Assembly (NCBI RefSeq): GCF_045037415.1
Contig: NZ_CP173438.1
Source: Escherichia coli
Lineage (GTDB): Bacteria > Pseudomonadota > Gammaproteobacteria > Enterobacterales > Enterobacteriaceae
Direction: 5' to 3' (one strand)
DNA: 64,000 nt
How positions within the stretch are numbered: position 1 is the stretch's first letter; each line of letters opens with the position of its first letter. The notes below the pieces were generated by a model. It did not search any database and was not told the DNA's origin. It saw only the letters and a program-made list of their open reading frames with translations. The position numbers were made by a program, and so were the translations under genes. This document shows, in pieces, positions 1 to 11,198 of this stretch.

Positions 1-296
1 GACTGGAGATAAGCATCAAAATAGAGCGGATCGTCGGTCAGTTGCAGAAAATTACCGAGATTAAGAGTGATAGAAAGTTGCCCGTCAGCCCACTCCATCA
101 ATTCGGTATAAGGTGGAATAGCGCGCGCCATCTCCGCCAGGCTTATTTTAAAGACGATCAGAAATGGCAGCAGAAACAGCAAGATCAACCAGATATACGG
201 CAACGCAATAACCAGTTTGCGCCCATGTTTCATTTGCAGCTGCGACAACCACAGCTTAAAGGGTTTTGGCTGGGCAGCAGGTTCAAGTGTACTCAT
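1..296 (-). CDS. potH: Putrescine ABC transporter permease PotH, N-terminal part only (gene runs off the window start)
   Basis: ATG at 294-296 on minus strand, 10 bp downstream of potG stop; translation MSTLEPAAQPKPFKLW... with hydrophobic segment; operon position after potF-potG. Confidence 0.88.
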   Translation of the reverse strand, partial: MSTLEPAAQPKPFKLWLSQLQMKHGRKLVIALPYIWLILLFLLPFLIVFKISLAEMARAIPPYTELMEWADGQLSITLNLGNFLQLTDDPLYFDAYLQ

Positions 297-305
297 CTTT
301 GCTCC

Positions 306-1439
306 TTAAACCGTCAGCACCACACAGCTGTCCACTTCCCAGCACAAACGCACTTCGTCGCCCCAGGTCGGTAACCCTTTACGATGACGATGGGCGTTTT
401 GTAGCTGGGCGCTAATCATCTGCCCACTTTTCAGACGAACGTGATACACCGAAAGATCGCCGAGATAGGCAATGTGTATCACCTCCCCCACCGCGAAGTT
501 ACAACCATTGGCGGGCGGTTCCTCGCAAAGCATGATTTTTTCCGGGCGAAGCGCCACATGCACCGGCACGTTATCGACCACTGAAGCATCCGCATCGACT
601 TTCAGTGGATGCACCAGCCCCGGCGAATAAAGCACCAGACCATCTTCCTGACGCTCTTTGAGTACACCTTCAAAGACATTAACCGAACCGATAAATTCAG
701 CACTGTAGCGAGTGGTCGGATGCTCGTAGATCTCTTCCGGCTCGCCAATCTGGACAAATTTCCCACGATTCATAATGGCGATGCGCCCCGCCATAGTCAT
801 CGCCTCTTCCTGATCGTGAGTAACCATTACGCAGGTCACACCGACGCGCTCCAGAATATCCACCACTTCAAGCTGCATCCGGTCACGCAGCTTTTTATCC
901 AGCGCGCCCATCGGCTCATCGAGCAGTAATAGTTTCGGGCGCTTGGCAAGGCTTCTGGCCAGGGCCACACGCTGACGCTGACCACCAGAAAGCTGATGCG
1001 GTTTGCGTTTGGCGAACTCCTGCATATGCACCAGCCCAAGCATCTCATTGACCCGGCTGGCAATTTCCGCTTTCGGTAGTTTGTCCTGTTTCAGGCCAAA
1101 AGCGATGTTCTGTTCCACGGTCATATGCGGAAACAGCGCGTAAGACTGAAACATCATATTGATGGGGCGCAGGTAAGGCGGCACCTGTGACAAATCGACG
1201 CCATCGAGCATAATCTGCCCGGCCGAAGGTTGTTCAAAACCTGCCAGCATACGCAGCAGCGTGGACTTGCCACAGCCGGATGCGCCCAGCAGCGCGAAGA
1301 TTTCACCTTTGTAGATGGTCAGGCTGACATCATCCACCGCATGTTGACCATCGTAGGATTTGGTCAGGTTACGGATTTCTAATAGCGGCGTCAGCGCCTT
1401 ACGGGTTTTCGCCTGCGGGCGAGGGATAGCGTCATTCAC
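306..1439 (-). CDS. potG: Putrescine ABC transporter ATP-binding protein PotG
   Basis: ORF track 306..1520(-); Walker A GASGCGKST, ABC signature LSGGQRQR, Walker B LLLLDEP; start placed at GTG 1437-1439 (VNDAIPRPQ...) giving 377 aa as in E. coli PotG. Confidence 0.9.
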   Translation of the reverse strand: MNDAIPRPQAKTRKALTPLLEIRNLTKSYDGQHAVDDVSLTIYKGEIFALLGASGCGKSTLLRMLAGFEQPSAGQIMLDGVDLSQVPPYLRPINMMFQSYALFPHMTVEQNIAFGLKQDKLPKAEIASRVNEMLGLVHMQEFAKRKPHQLSGGQRQRVALARSLAKRPKLLLLDEPMGALDKKLRDRMQLEVVDILERVGVTCVMVTHDQEEAMTMAGRIAIMNRGKFVQIGEPEEIYEHPTTRYSAEFIGSVNVFEGVLKERQEDGLVLYSPGLVHPLKVDADASVVDNVPVHVALRPEKIMLCEEPPANGCNFAVGEVIHIAYLGDLSVYHVRLKSGQMISAQLQNAHRHRKGLPTWGDEVRLCWEVDSCVVLTV

Positions 1440-1533
1440 GGCTGCTCTCCGGCATTGAATGTGTGCAAGCGCACCATGATGGTGCGAATTGCCGGCGGGT
1501 GTGGTGCGCCCCTCCGGCATCTACGGCTGCGGA

Positions 1534-2646
1534 TTATTTTCCGCTCTTCACTTTGGTCCAGGCGCGGGTGCGCACACGGTCGATTTTCGGGTCCTGCACT
1601 TTCAGAGTGAACAGCTTCGCACGAACATCCGCAGGCGGATAAATACCCGGGTTATCACGGACTTCCGCACTCACCAGCGGCGTGGCTGCTTTATTGGCGT
1701 TAGCATAGAACACATGGTCAGAGATATGTGCCACCACATCAGGACGCAGCAGGTAATTCAGGAACTGATAGGCTTCGTCTTTGTTTTTGGCATCCGCAGG
1801 CATGGCGAATACATCAAAGAACGCCATCGCCCCTTCTTTTGGAATCGAGAACGAGACATTCACGCCATTCTTCGCTTCCTTCGCGCGGTTTGACGCCTGC
1901 CAGACATCGCCCGCCCAGCCAATAGCGACACAGATGTCACCATTCGCCAGATCATTGATGTATTGGGATGAATGGAAATAACGAATGTTCGGGCGCAGCT
2001 TTAACAGCAGATCGGTAGCCGGTCCGGTGTAATCATCCGCTTTAGTGCTGTTAGGATCTTTGCCGAGATAATTCAGCACGGTAGCAAACACTTCTTCTGG
2101 CGCATCCAGGAAAGAGACACCGCAGCTTTTCAGTTTTTCCAGATTTTCAGGTTTGAGGATCAAGTCCCAGCTATCGACGGGCGCGTTTTCGCCCAGCACC
2201 GCTTTAACTTTATCGACGTTATAGCCAATCCCGGTCGTCGCCCACATATAGGGCATAGCAAATTTATTGTCGGGATCGTGTTTGGCGACCAACTTCAGCA
2301 GCTCCGGATCGAGATTCTTCCACTCCGGCAATTTGCTTTTATCCAGCGGCTGGAAAACTCCCGCTGTCAGCTGGCGCTCAAGAAAGCTTGCTGACGGCAC
2401 CACCAGATCAAAGCCGGTGCTCCCCGCCATTAATTTGCCTTCCAGTACTTCGTTAGAATCGAAAACATCATAGACGACTTTAATACCGGTTTCTTTTTCA
2501 AAGTTGGCCACCGTGTCCGGGGCGATATAATCAGACCAGTTATAAATGTGGAGTGTTTTTTGTTCAGCCGCGAGCGTGCTGACAGAAACGGCCATCAGAG
2601 CACCCGCAACCAGACCCGATAGCCATTTTTTATTTAAGGCGATCAT
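1534..2646 (-). CDS. potF: Putrescine-binding periplasmic protein PotF
   Basis: ORF track 1534..2790(-); internal ATG at 2644-2646 gives 370 aa M(I)ALNKKWLSGLVAGALMAVS... with signal peptide; matches PotF. Confidence 0.93.
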   Translation of the reverse strand: MIALNKKWLSGLVAGALMAVSVSTLAAEQKTLHIYNWSDYIAPDTVANFEKETGIKVVYDVFDSNEVLEGKLMAGSTGFDLVVPSASFLERQLTAGVFQPLDKSKLPEWKNLDPELLKLVAKHDPDNKFAMPYMWATTGIGYNVDKVKAVLGENAPVDSWDLILKPENLEKLKSCGVSFLDAPEEVFATVLNYLGKDPNSTKADDYTGPATDLLLKLRPNIRYFHSSQYINDLANGDICVAIGWAGDVWQASNRAKEAKNGVNVSFSIPKEGAMAFFDVFAMPADAKNKDEAYQFLNYLLRPDVVAHISDHVFYANANKAATPLVSAEVRDNPGIYPPADVRAKLFTLKVQDPKIDRVRTRAWTKVKSGK

Positions 2647-2995
2647 ATCTCTTTCCTTCTGAAAATTCGTTAACAAACGAACAAAAGTTGTCACACTGAA
2701 AGATATGCAATAAACGTGCATATTTTTATCGGCGCGGTGTAAGAAAAGAGAACTCTCTCCCGGCCTGCACTGCTCACTATATAAAAGCATCGCAAGAATA
2801 ACTTTAGCCAGGGTTTGAGACTATAGCTCGGATTAAAAAACGGTATTTAACAAATTTTTATGCGTATTTGCTCTATGTGATAAAGCCAAATCGGCACAAG
2901 AGAAGTGAATTAATCTTTAATAAAAGGTTAAAATCAGCGGATAATTTTGCGGCACGCAGTCACTGCGGCAGCGACTGCGTGCTCGAAAGAAGTTA

Positions 2996-3472
2996 TCAGT
3001 GGAGGAAATAGTTTTCGGTAACGTTATTTTGCCCTTCATCGTCAGTCGGTAACAGCAGTTGATGGGCATTAGCTTCAAGAATGACCATCGAAATCTGCTC
3101 TTCGCTCTGACGCACGAACCATGCAAACTGCTCATAGGTTACGCCCTGCATAACGGATAAAGACTGGCAAACCACCAGCTTTGGCAGATTATCATCCTGC
3201 ATATCAAGAAATGCTTTCACGGTCAGCGAACTGGCATTGATGGCTGATAAATCCGCCGCCAGCGGCAATACGGCTGAAGGTCGGACTTCCGCCATGGCAG
3301 AAAACAGGATCGTGTTATCGATCAGATCGATTTTAGCATCAAAGACACCGTCGAAATTCTGCATATGGGGCAGATGCAGAGCCTGACAGTTATCACATTC
3401 AAAAAAACTCATCCCCAGGTCATCGAGCCATTGACGCAACGTATCCAGACCAGGAACGACCAGCGATGTCAT
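2996..3472 (-). CDS. ybjN: YbjN family protein (putative sensory transduction regulator)
   Basis: ORF track 2996..3520(-); internal start gives 158 aa MTSLVVPGLDTLRQWLDD... matching E. coli YbjN. Confidence 0.9.
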   Translation of the reverse strand: MTSLVVPGLDTLRQWLDDLGMSFFECDNCQALHLPHMQNFDGVFDAKIDLIDNTILFSAMAEVRPSAVLPLAADLSAINASSLTVKAFLDMQDDNLPKLVVCQSLSVMQGVTYEQFAWFVRQSEEQISMVILEANAHQLLLPTDDEGQNNVTENYFLH

Positions 3473-3559
3473 AATTTTGTACAACCTCTTCCGATAAAAA
3501 GACCGGCACAGCTTACGCAAAAAGCGCAGGCAAAACCATGATCAGTAATGTGATTGCGA

Positions 3560-4462
3560 CTAACCACCCGTTTTCAGGCAATATTCTGTCGTAGCGTGGC
3601 GTTCGATCCAGCGGATCATTTTACCCGCGATGTCGATACCGGTGGTTTTTTCTATTCCTTCCAGCCCTGGCGACGCATTCACTTCCATCACCAACGGCCC
3701 GCGATTAGCACGCAGAATATCCACACCAGCAACGTCCAGCGCCATCGTTCGCGCGGCTTTTATCGCGATTTCACGCTCCTGTGGTGTGATACTGGCGACG
3801 CTTGCCGCGCCGCCACGATGCAAATTGGAACGAAAATCGCCCTCTTTCGCCCGCCGTTCAATCGCAGCGACTACTTCATCGCCAACAACCAGACAGCGGA
3901 TATCGCACCCTTGCGCCTCTTTGATATATTCCTGCACCAGAATATGCGCGTTCAGACCGCGGAAAGCGTCAATCACGCTTTCCGCCGCCTGACGCGTCTC
4001 CGCCAGCACGACGCCAATTCCCTGCGTGCCTTCAACCAGCTTGACCACCAGCGGCGCACCACCGACCATGTCGATTAAATCGCTGGTATCATCCGGCGAA
4101 TGCGCAATGCCCGTGACAGGCAGGTCGATGCCCTGACGCGCCAGCAGTTGCATGGAACGCAATTTGTCACGCGCCCGGGCAATGGCGACCGACTCATTGA
4201 GCGGATAGCTCCCCAGCATCTCGAACTGGCGCAGTGCCGCCGTCCCATAAAAGGTAATGGCGGTGCCAATACGCGGGATCACTGCGTCAAAATGGGGTAA
4301 CTTGCGGCCTTTGTAGTGAATAGAAGACGCCGCAGGATTTATGTTCATATAGCAAGAAAGCGGATCAAGAATTTCAACCAGGTGACCGCGCTGTATAGCG
4401 GCTTCACGCAGCCGCTTACACGAATAGAGCGTTCCATCCCGGGACAATATGGCAATTTTCAC
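3560..4462 (-). CDS. rimK: Ribosomal protein S6 L-glutamate ligase RimK (ATP-grasp)
   Basis: ORF track 300 aa [10 protein letters not shown]...; ATP-grasp family; first codon reads GTG in the sequence. Confidence 0.94.
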   Translation of the reverse strand: MKIAILSRDGTLYSCKRLREAAIQRGHLVEILDPLSCYMNINPAASSIHYKGRKLPHFDAVIPRIGTAITFYGTAALRQFEMLGSYPLNESVAIARARDKLRSMQLLARQGIDLPVTGIAHSPDDTSDLIDMVGGAPLVVKLVEGTQGIGVVLAETRQAAESVIDAFRGLNAHILVQEYIKEAQGCDIRCLVVGDEVVAAIERRAKEGDFRSNLHRGGAASVASITPQEREIAIKAARTMALDVAGVDILRANRGPLVMEVNASPGLEGIEKTTGIDIAGKMIRWIERHATTEYCLKTGG

Positions 4463-4522
4463 CCTGCACCTCTCTGTCAGACCTGGTCAAAAGCCCGCGT
4501 ATCATACATCGACGTGGCAGTT

Positions 4523-5245
4523 TTAGCGCGTCGCCCAACCCTGTTTGTGCAAATAATCCAGAATAAATGGGCGGCTTTCTTTAATGATTGTTCGGCGGAT
4601 ATGATCGCTCCAGGTATCCCGGCGATTATTGCTGCCACGGGTGAGGTAATATTCCGCCAGTTGCTCGTCATACTGCGCCAGTGCGTCTTTATCCAGCGGT
4701 TGATAGCTGTTTTCATGCACCAAAATGGAGGCCGGTAAACGCGGCTTAAGATCCGGATTATCCGCAGGCCAGCCAAGGCACAGCCCAAACAGCGGCAGAA
4801 CATGCTGCGGTAATTTCAGCAGTTCCGTCACCGCTTCAATATTATTGCGCAGGCCGCCGATATATACCCCGCCCAATCCCAGCGATTCCGCTGCGGTTAA
4901 TGCATTCTGCGCCATCATTGCCGTATCAACGACACCGAGCAACAGTTGTTCCGCCAGGCCGAGCTGAGCATCCGGACAGATCTGTAAATGGCGGTTAAAG
5001 TCGGCACAGAACACCCAAAACTCTGCCGCTTGCGCTACGTGTTTTTGCCCGCCGGTCAGCGTCACCAGTTCTTCACGTAACGCTTTGTCGGTAATGCGGA
5101 TAATGCTACTGCACTGCAAAAAACTGGAACTGGACGTCGCACGGGCGCTGTTAATAATCGCCTCACGCTGCGCTTCGGAAATGGGTTCATCAGTGAAATG
5201 GCGAATGGAGCGATGGCCACAAATAAGTTCAATGGTTGGCGTCAT
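4523..5245 (-). CDS. nfsA: Oxygen-insensitive NADPH nitroreductase NfsA
   Basis: ORF track 240 aa MTPTIELICGHRSIRHFTDEPI...; nitroreductase family. Confidence 0.95.
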   Translation of the reverse strand: MTPTIELICGHRSIRHFTDEPISEAQREAIINSARATSSSSFLQCSSIIRITDKALREELVTLTGGQKHVAQAAEFWVFCADFNRHLQICPDAQLGLAEQLLLGVVDTAMMAQNALTAAESLGLGGVYIGGLRNNIEAVTELLKLPQHVLPLFGLCLGWPADNPDLKPRLPASILVHENSYQPLDKDALAQYDEQLAEYYLTRGSNNRRDTWSDHIRRTIIKESRPFILDYLHKQGWATR

Positions 5246-5516
5246 TATCTTTTTCTCTTTCTGAACGTGAATATTGCGGTGGATGGTTCATCAGCTGTGG
5301 GGCAAGACGTTTTGCCACCTGAAGAATAACCACCACCGCAGCGGGAAGCATGAGCAAAACACCGAGAAAAATCATCAGAATCTGCACTTCTGGCCGAGAA
5401 AATGGCTCAGGTAGCGACAGGGAGTCGCTTACCGACAGCAGCGCCACCGCCAGCAACATCATTCCGATAAATTCCAGTATCAACACGCTTTTAGGCAATT
5501 TACCGATCGCGCGCAT
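5229..5516 (-). CDS. ybjC: Small membrane protein YbjC (DUF1418)
   Basis: ORF track 95 aa with two hydrophobic helices; overlaps nfsA start by 17 bp. Confidence 0.9.
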   Translation of the reverse strand: MRAIGKLPKSVLILEFIGMMLLAVALLSVSDSLSLPEPFSRPEVQILMIFLGVLLMLPAAVVVILQVAKRLAPQLMNHPPQYSRSEREKDNDANH

Positions 5517-5675
5517 ACGCTTCCCTCTGCAAAGTGAGCCTTCAGTCTAAAACTTTTCACTGTATTGTGTTTAACAGTTATAGCTTTTAGCAATTAATGC
5601 AACAGGTTAAACCTACTTTCAGCGAATACATTTTAGCGTGATCATTACAGGCATAAATCTATGAGGAGAGAAATA

Positions 5676-5933
5676 ATGCAAACCGTTATTTTTGGTCGTC
5701 CGGGTTGCCCTTACTGTGTGCGTGCAAAAGATCTGGCTGAGAAATTGAGCAATGAACGCGATGATTTCCAGTATCAGTATGTAGATATTCGTGCGGAAGG
5801 GATCACTAAAGAAGATCTACAACAAAAGGCAGGTAAACCCGTAGAAACCGTGCCGCAGATTTTTGTCGATCAGCAACATATCGGCGGCTATACCGATTTT
5901 GCTGCATGGGTGAAAGAGAATCTGGACGCCTGA
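5676..5933 (+). CDS. grxA: Glutaredoxin 1
   Basis: ORF track 5661..5933; ATG at 5676 gives 85 aa MQTVIFGRPGCPYCVRAK... with CPYC active site. Confidence 0.93.
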   Translation: MQTVIFGRPGCPYCVRAKDLAEKLSNERDDFQYQYVDIRAEGITKEDLQQKAGKPVETVPQIFVDQQHIGGYTDFAAWVKENLDA

Positions 5934-5941
5934 TCGTCTGA

Positions 5942-5976
5942 CAAGCCCTCGCATTGAGGGCTTTATTGATTTTTTC
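5942..5976. terminator. Bidirectional rho-independent terminator between convergent grxA and ybjM
   Basis: Hairpin AAGCCCTCGCATTGAGGGCTT followed by TATTGATTTTTT on plus strand. Confidence 0.6.
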
Positions 5977-6340
5977 TGTGCTGTGGTTTAAACAAACTAC
6001 TGATAAATAAGAAACACAATGCCCCCAGCGCACACCAGAACACCGCACTTAATAACCATGCCAGCTCTTGCCAGAATGAGCGCGTCGGTGAAAAAAACAG
6101 CCGCATAATGAGCATCGAGCAGGGTGCCGCCAGCATTGCGCCAAACAGAGGTTTCAGGACTTCTCTACGATGTGAAAAGAAGCTGGCAACTGCACCAGGA
6201 AGAATGAAAAATAGCAAACCGATTTCAGGATGCCCGGCAGCCCGAAAAGCGCCTTTCATGTGCGTCGCCAGAAAAAGACACACCACAATGAAGAGGACAA
6301 AACAGCAGATTGCCCCCGCCCAACGTTGTTTATGTTTCAC
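5963..6340 (-). CDS. ybjM: Inner membrane protein YbjM
   Basis: ORF track 125 aa MKHKQRWAGAICCFVLFIVV..., four hydrophobic segments; first codon reads GTG. Confidence 0.9.
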   Translation of the reverse strand: MKHKQRWAGAICCFVLFIVVCLFLATHMKGAFRAAGHPEIGLLFFILPGAVASFFSHRREVLKPLFGAMLAAPCSMLIMRLFFSPTRSFWQELAWLLSAVFWCALGALCFLFISSLFKPQHRKNQ

Positions 6341-6608
6341 TCGTTCCTCCTGACACTGCGTCTATCGAACACATTTTTCGCCAGTGTGGCGTTCAGTAAG
6401 ATAAAGCCGCTTCGCATTCCATGCTAATATAGGCCAACGCAATTCATATAGCCGTTGATACCTAATGTGATTACACTAGTAAAATATATTGTTACTTTAC
6501 TATCGTTTAGGTGCGCTGAATGAATCTGCGCCCTGAATTCTGGTAAAAACATTATCGTAAATTACCATTTCTTTCAACAGCTTACTAGTAAACAAGAAGT
6601 TAGCCTCC

Positions 6609-8294
6609 GTGAATATAAACGTCGCCGAATTGTTAAATGGGAATTACATTCTGTTATTATTTGTGGTCCTCGCGCTTGGGCTATGTCTCGGGAAATTACG
6701 ACTTGGTTCGATCCAACTGGGTAATTCCATTGGCGTTTTAGTCGTATCGCTGTTATTAGGCCAACAACATTTCAGCATTAACACCGACGCGCTTAATCTT
6801 GGCTTTATGCTGTTTATTTTCTGCGTCGGGGTCGAAGCCGGACCGAACTTTTTTTCCATTTTTTTTCGCGATGGGAAAAATTACCTAATGTTAGCACTGG
6901 TGATGGTTGGCAGTGCGCTGGTGATCGCCTTAGGGTTAGGTAAGCTGTTTGGCTGGGATATTGGCCTGACGGCCGGTATGTTAGCTGGCTCTATGACGTC
7001 GACACCGGTTCTGGTCGGTGCTGGCGATACACTGCGTCATTCCGGCATGGAAAGCAGGCAGCTCTCACTGGCACTGGATAATCTGAGCCTCGGGTATGCC
7101 TTAACCTATTTAATCGGTCTGGTGAGTTTGATTGTTGGTGCGCGTTACTTGCCGAAATTGCAGCATCAGGACTTACAGACCAGCGCCCAGCAAATCGCCC
7201 GCGAACGTGGCCTGGACACTGATGCCAACCGTAAGGTTTATTTACCGGTGATCCGCGCCTACCGCGTCGGCCCGGAGCTGGTGGCCTGGACCGACGGCAA
7301 AAATCTGCGTGAACTGGGTATTTATCGACAAACTGGCTGCTACATTGAACGTATTCGACGTAACGGGATTCTGGCAAATCCAGACGGTGATGCGGTGCTA
7401 CAAATGGGCGATGAAATAGCGTTGGTAGGCTATCCCGACGCCCACGCCCGACTCGATCCCAGCTTCCGTAACGGCAAAGAAGTTTTCGATCGTGACCTTC
7501 TCGACATGCGTATCGTCACTGAAGAAGTGGTCGTTAAAAACCATAACGCCGTTGGCAAACGTCTCGCACAACTGAAGTTGACCGATCACGGTTGCTTCCT
7601 TAACCGCGTCATTCGTAGCCAGATTGAGATGCCGATAGATGACAACGTCGTGCTTAACAAAGGTGACGTTTTACAAGTCAGCGGCGATGCCCGTCGCGTA
7701 AAAACCATCGCCGATCGCATCGGCTTTATCTCGATTCATAGCCAGGTCACTGACTTGCTGGCATTCTGCGCCTTCTTTGTTATTGGGCTGATGATCGGGA
7801 TGATCACCTTCCAGTTCAGCACATTCAGTTTCGGCATGGGAAACGCTGCCGGGTTGTTATTCGCCGGAATTATGCTGGGATTTATGCGCGCTAACCACCC
7901 GACCTTCGGTTACATTCCGCAGGGTGCATTAAGCATGGTGAAAGAGTTCGGCTTAATGGTGTTTATGGCAGGCGTTGGTCTGAGCGCCGGTAGCGGTATT
8001 AATAACGGCCTGGGCGCGATTGGCGGTCAGATGTTGATTGCCGGATTGATTGTCAGTCTTGTGCCAGTGGTTATCTGTTTCTTGTTCGGTGCTTATGTAT
8101 TGCGAATGAACCGCGCACTGTTGTTCGGCGCAATGATGGGCGCACGCACCTGCGCGCCGGCAATGGAGATCATCAGTGATACAGCTCGCAGTAACATCCC
8201 GGCGCTGGGCTATGCGGGCACCTATGCAATCGCCAACGTCCTGCTGACGCTGGCAGGGACAATCATCGTCATGGTATGGCCAGGATTAGGATAA
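6609..8294 (+). CDS. ybjL: Putative AAE-family transporter YbjL (two TrkA-C domains)
   Basis: ORF track 561 aa [20 protein letters not shown]...; first codon GTG at 6609; stop TAA 8292-8294 confirmed. Confidence 0.93.
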
Positions 8295-8335
8295 AACTGA
8301 AGTTGCCCTGAAAATGAAATTTTTTTTGCACAACC

Positions 8336-8367
8336 GCAGAACTTTTCCGCAGGGCATCAGTCTTAAT
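8336..8367 (+). promoter_or_regulatory. Sigma-E type promoter of rybB (-35 GAACTT, -10 TCTTAA)
   Basis: GAACTT at about 8339-8344 and TCTTAA at about 8361-8366 with 16 bp spacing, immediately upstream of the RybB 5-prime end. Confidence 0.55.
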
Positions 8368-8371
8368 TAGT

Positions 8372-8450
8372 GCCACTGCTTTTCTTTGATGTCCCCATTT
8401 TGTGGAGCCCATCAACCCCGCCATTTCGGTTCAAGGTTGATGGGTTTTTT
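8372..8450 (+). ncRNA. rybB: RybB small regulatory RNA (Hfq-dependent, sigma-E regulon)
   Basis: GCCACTGCTTTTCTTTGATGTCCCCATTTTGTGGAGCCCATCAACCCCGCCATTTCGGTTCAAGGTTGATGGGTTTTTT matches RybB as I recall it; ends in a GC-rich hairpin plus U-tract; lies in the ybjL-rcdA spacer. Confidence 0.85.
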
Positions 8451-8469
8451 GTTGCCTGAAATTTATCTA

Positions 8470-9006
8470 CTACCCAGCAATCCTCTCAACCATCCTCAAA
8501 ATCTCCTCGCGTGATAGCGGCTTACGGTCGGTGACAAAATGCAGCGTCATTCCCTCAATAAACGCATCAAGCGCGCGGGCGGTTCCGGGTTCAAACCATT
8601 GTTCGAGCGTTTGTTGACTGCGCTGCATCCAGTTTTGCATTACCGTTTTTAAGAGCGGTTTTCGGCTAGCCAGCGCGTAGAGCTGGTACATCAGCTCCAT
8701 ATTATCCGGCGTTGCGACCTGTGAGCTGTAGATCATATCGGTGATAGCCTGGCATGCGCCTGGAGCATCACTAACATCGCTAAAAAATGCCTGATATTGC
8801 CGGGACATGATCTCAGTAAAACGGCTGAACGCCTCCAGCAACAACTCATCAATTCCTGAAAAATAGTAGGTCATCGATCCCAACGGCACCCCGGCAAGGG
8901 TAGCAATTTTGCGGTGTGTAACAGCATGTATTCCGTAAAGTTTCACCGCCTCCAGCGTGGCCTGGATAATTTTTTCTCGTCGTTGCGGATCGTTAGCGCG
9001 ACGCAT
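8470..9006 (-). CDS. rcdA: TetR-family transcriptional regulator RcdA (YbjK)
   Basis: ORF track 8470..9036(-); ATG at 9004-9006 gives 178 aa [21 protein letters not shown]... with TetR HTH. Confidence 0.92.
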   Translation of the reverse strand: MRRANDPQRREKIIQATLEAVKLYGIHAVTHRKIATLAGVPLGSMTYYFSGIDELLLEAFSRFTEIMSRQYQAFFSDVSDAPGACQAITDMIYSSQVATPDNMELMYQLYALASRKPLLKTVMQNWMQRSQQTLEQWFEPGTARALDAFIEGMTLHFVTDRKPLSREEILRMVERIAG

Positions 9007-9089
9007 GTCATTTCCTCTCTCTGCAATTGTGTACAAATGTACACAGTCTTGCTAATGTTGTCTTCCCTCTTCTTATTTTGACGTGGTCT

Positions 9090-10298
9090 ATGACCGTAAA
9101 TTCTTCACGTAATGCATTGAAACGCCGAACCTGGGCGCTGTTTATGTTCTTCTTTTTGCCAGGCCTGTTAATGGCGTCCTGGGCAACCCGTACGCCTGCT
9201 ATCCGCGATATTCTCTCTGTCTCGATCGCTGAAATGGGCGGTGTTCTCTTTGGTCTGTCGATCGGTTCGATGAGCGGTATTCTCTGCTCGGCGTGGTTAG
9301 TGAAACGCTTTGGGACGCGTAATGTCATCCTTGTCACGATGTCCTGCGCATTGATCGGGATGATGGTATTAAGTCTGGCACTCTGGCTGACATCGCCCTT
9401 GCTCTTTGCCGTTGGTCTCGGCGTCTTTGGGGCTAGTTTTGGTTCTGCGGAAGTGGCGATAAACGTTGAAGGTGCCGCCGTTGAGAGAGAAATGAATAAG
9501 ACGGTTTTACCGATGATGCACGGTTTTTATAGCCTGGGCACGCTGGCAGGCGCTGGTGTCGGGATGGCACTGACGGCCTTTGGCGTTCCGGCAACGATGC
9601 ACATTTTATTGGCGGCGCTGGTAGGCATCGCGCCTATTTATATCGCCATTCAGGCAATCCCTGATGGTACGGGCAAAAATGCTGCCGATGGCACCCAGCA
9701 TGGCGAAAAAGGCGTTCCTTTTTATCGCGATATCCAGTTGCTGTTGATTGGTGTTGTAGTGCTGGCGATGGCCTTTGCCGAAGGTTCTGCCAACGACTGG
9801 TTACCCTTATTAATGGTTGATGGTCACGGTTTTAGCCCTACTTCCGGCTCGCTGATTTATGCCGGTTTTACTCTGGGGATGACCGTTGGACGCTTTACCG
9901 GCGGTTGGTTCATTGACCGTTACAGTCGCGTTGCCGTGGTTCGGGCCAGTGCACTAATGGGGGCGTTGGGTATTGGGCTGATTATTTTTGTCGATAGCGC
10001 CTGGGTCGCTGGGGTGTCTGTTGTACTTTGGGGACTGGGTGCCTCGCTGGGCTTCCCGCTGACCATTTCTGCCGCCAGCGATACCGGCCCCGATGCACCA
10101 ACCCGCGTCAGCGTGGTAGCTACGACCGGTTATCTGGCTTTCCTCGTCGGGCCGCCGCTGCTGGGCTATCTCGGCGAACATTATGGATTACGTAGTGCAA
10201 TGATGGTTGTACTGGCGCTGGTTATTCTCGCGGCTATTGTCGCGAAAGCCGTCGCCAAACCCGATACCAAAACGCAGACGGCGATGGAGAATAGTTGA
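9090..10298 (+). CDS. ybjJ: MFS transporter YbjJ
   Basis: ORF track 9027..10298; ATG at 9090 gives 402 aa [22 protein letters not shown]...; 12-TM MFS topology. Confidence 0.9.
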   Translation: MTVNSSRNALKRRTWALFMFFFLPGLLMASWATRTPAIRDILSVSIAEMGGVLFGLSIGSMSGILCSAWLVKRFGTRNVILVTMSCALIGMMVLSLALWLTSPLLFAVGLGVFGASFGSAEVAINVEGAAVEREMNKTVLPMMHGFYSLGTLAGAGVGMALTAFGVPATMHILLAALVGIAPIYIAIQAIPDGTGKNAADGTQHGEKGVPFYRDIQLLLIGVVVLAMAFAEGSANDWLPLLMVDGHGFSPTSGSLIYAGFTLGMTVGRFTGGWFIDRYSRVAVVRASALMGALGIGLIIFVDSAWVAGVSVVLWGLGASLGFPLTISAASDTGPDAPTRVSVVATTGYLAFLVGPPLLGYLGEHYGLRSAMMVVLALVILAAIVAKAVAKPDTKTQTAMENS

Positions 10299-11113
10299 TG
10301 AGCATTAAATTAATTGCGGTAGACATGGATGGTACTTTCTTAAGCGATCAAAAAACCTATAACCGTGAGCGGTTTATGGCTCAGTATCAGCAAATGAAAG
10401 CACAAGGCATTCGCTTTGTGGTCGCCAGCGGGAATCAATATTATCAGTTGATCTCTTTCTTTCCTGAAATTGCTAATGAAATTGCCTTTGTGGCTGAAAA
10501 CGGCGGCTGGGTAGTGAGCGAAGGCAAAGATGTTTTTAATGGCGAGCTGTCGAAGGATGCGTTTACTACTGTCGTGGAACATTTGCTGACGCGCCCGGAA
10601 GTGGAAATTATTGCCTGCGGAAAAAATAGCGCCTATACCCTCAAAAAATATGACGATGCCATGAAAACGGTGGCGGAAATGTATTATCACCGTCTGGAAT
10701 ACGTCGATAACTTTGACAACTTAGAAGATATCTTCTTTAAATTTGGCCTTAATCTCTCTGACGAACTGATCCCACAAGTGCAAAAAGCATTACATGAGGC
10801 CATCGGCGATATCATGGTACCGGTCCATACCGGCAACGGCAGCATCGATCTGATTATCCCCGGTGTACATAAAGCCAATGGCCTTCGCCAACTGCAGAAA
10901 TTATGGGGAATAGACGACAGCGAAGTGGTGGTCTTTGGCGATGGCGGTAACGATATTGAGATGCTGCGTCAGGCAGGGTTTAGCTTTGCAATGGAAAATG
11001 CCGGCAGCGCGGTCGTCGCAGCGGCAAAATACCGGGCAGGCTCCAATAACCGTGAAGGCGTACTGGATGTGATCGATAAAGTGCTTAAACACGAAGCGCC
11101 ATTTAAGCAATAA
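10298..11113 (+). CDS. ybjI: HAD-superfamily Cof-type sugar phosphatase YbjI
   Basis: ORF track 10295..11113; ATG at 10298 overlaps ybjJ stop; DMDGTF motif; paralogous to ybiV in this window. Confidence 0.92.
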   Translation: MSIKLIAVDMDGTFLSDQKTYNRERFMAQYQQMKAQGIRFVVASGNQYYQLISFFPEIANEIAFVAENGGWVVSEGKDVFNGELSKDAFTTVVEHLLTRPEVEIIACGKNSAYTLKKYDDAMKTVAEMYYHRLEYVDNFDNLEDIFFKFGLNLSDELIPQVQKALHEAIGDIMVPVHTGNGSIDLIIPGVHKANGLRQLQKLWGIDDSEVVVFGDGGNDIEMLRQAGFSFAMENAGSAVVAAAKYRAGSNNREGVLDVIDKVLKHEAPFKQ

Positions 11114-11198
11114 AAAAGGCAGCACGCCCGGCAACACAATACCTGAATGAAGGCTGCATAATTCGCGGAAATTAACCCGCTGCATTATTTCAGGCGAA

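Noticed and set aside
2647-2995. Possible sigma-54 promoter or small RNA in the 349-bp potF upstream spacer
   Set aside because: Could not identify a convincing TGGCAC-N5-TTGC element or a terminator-flanked transcript by eye; left unannotated.
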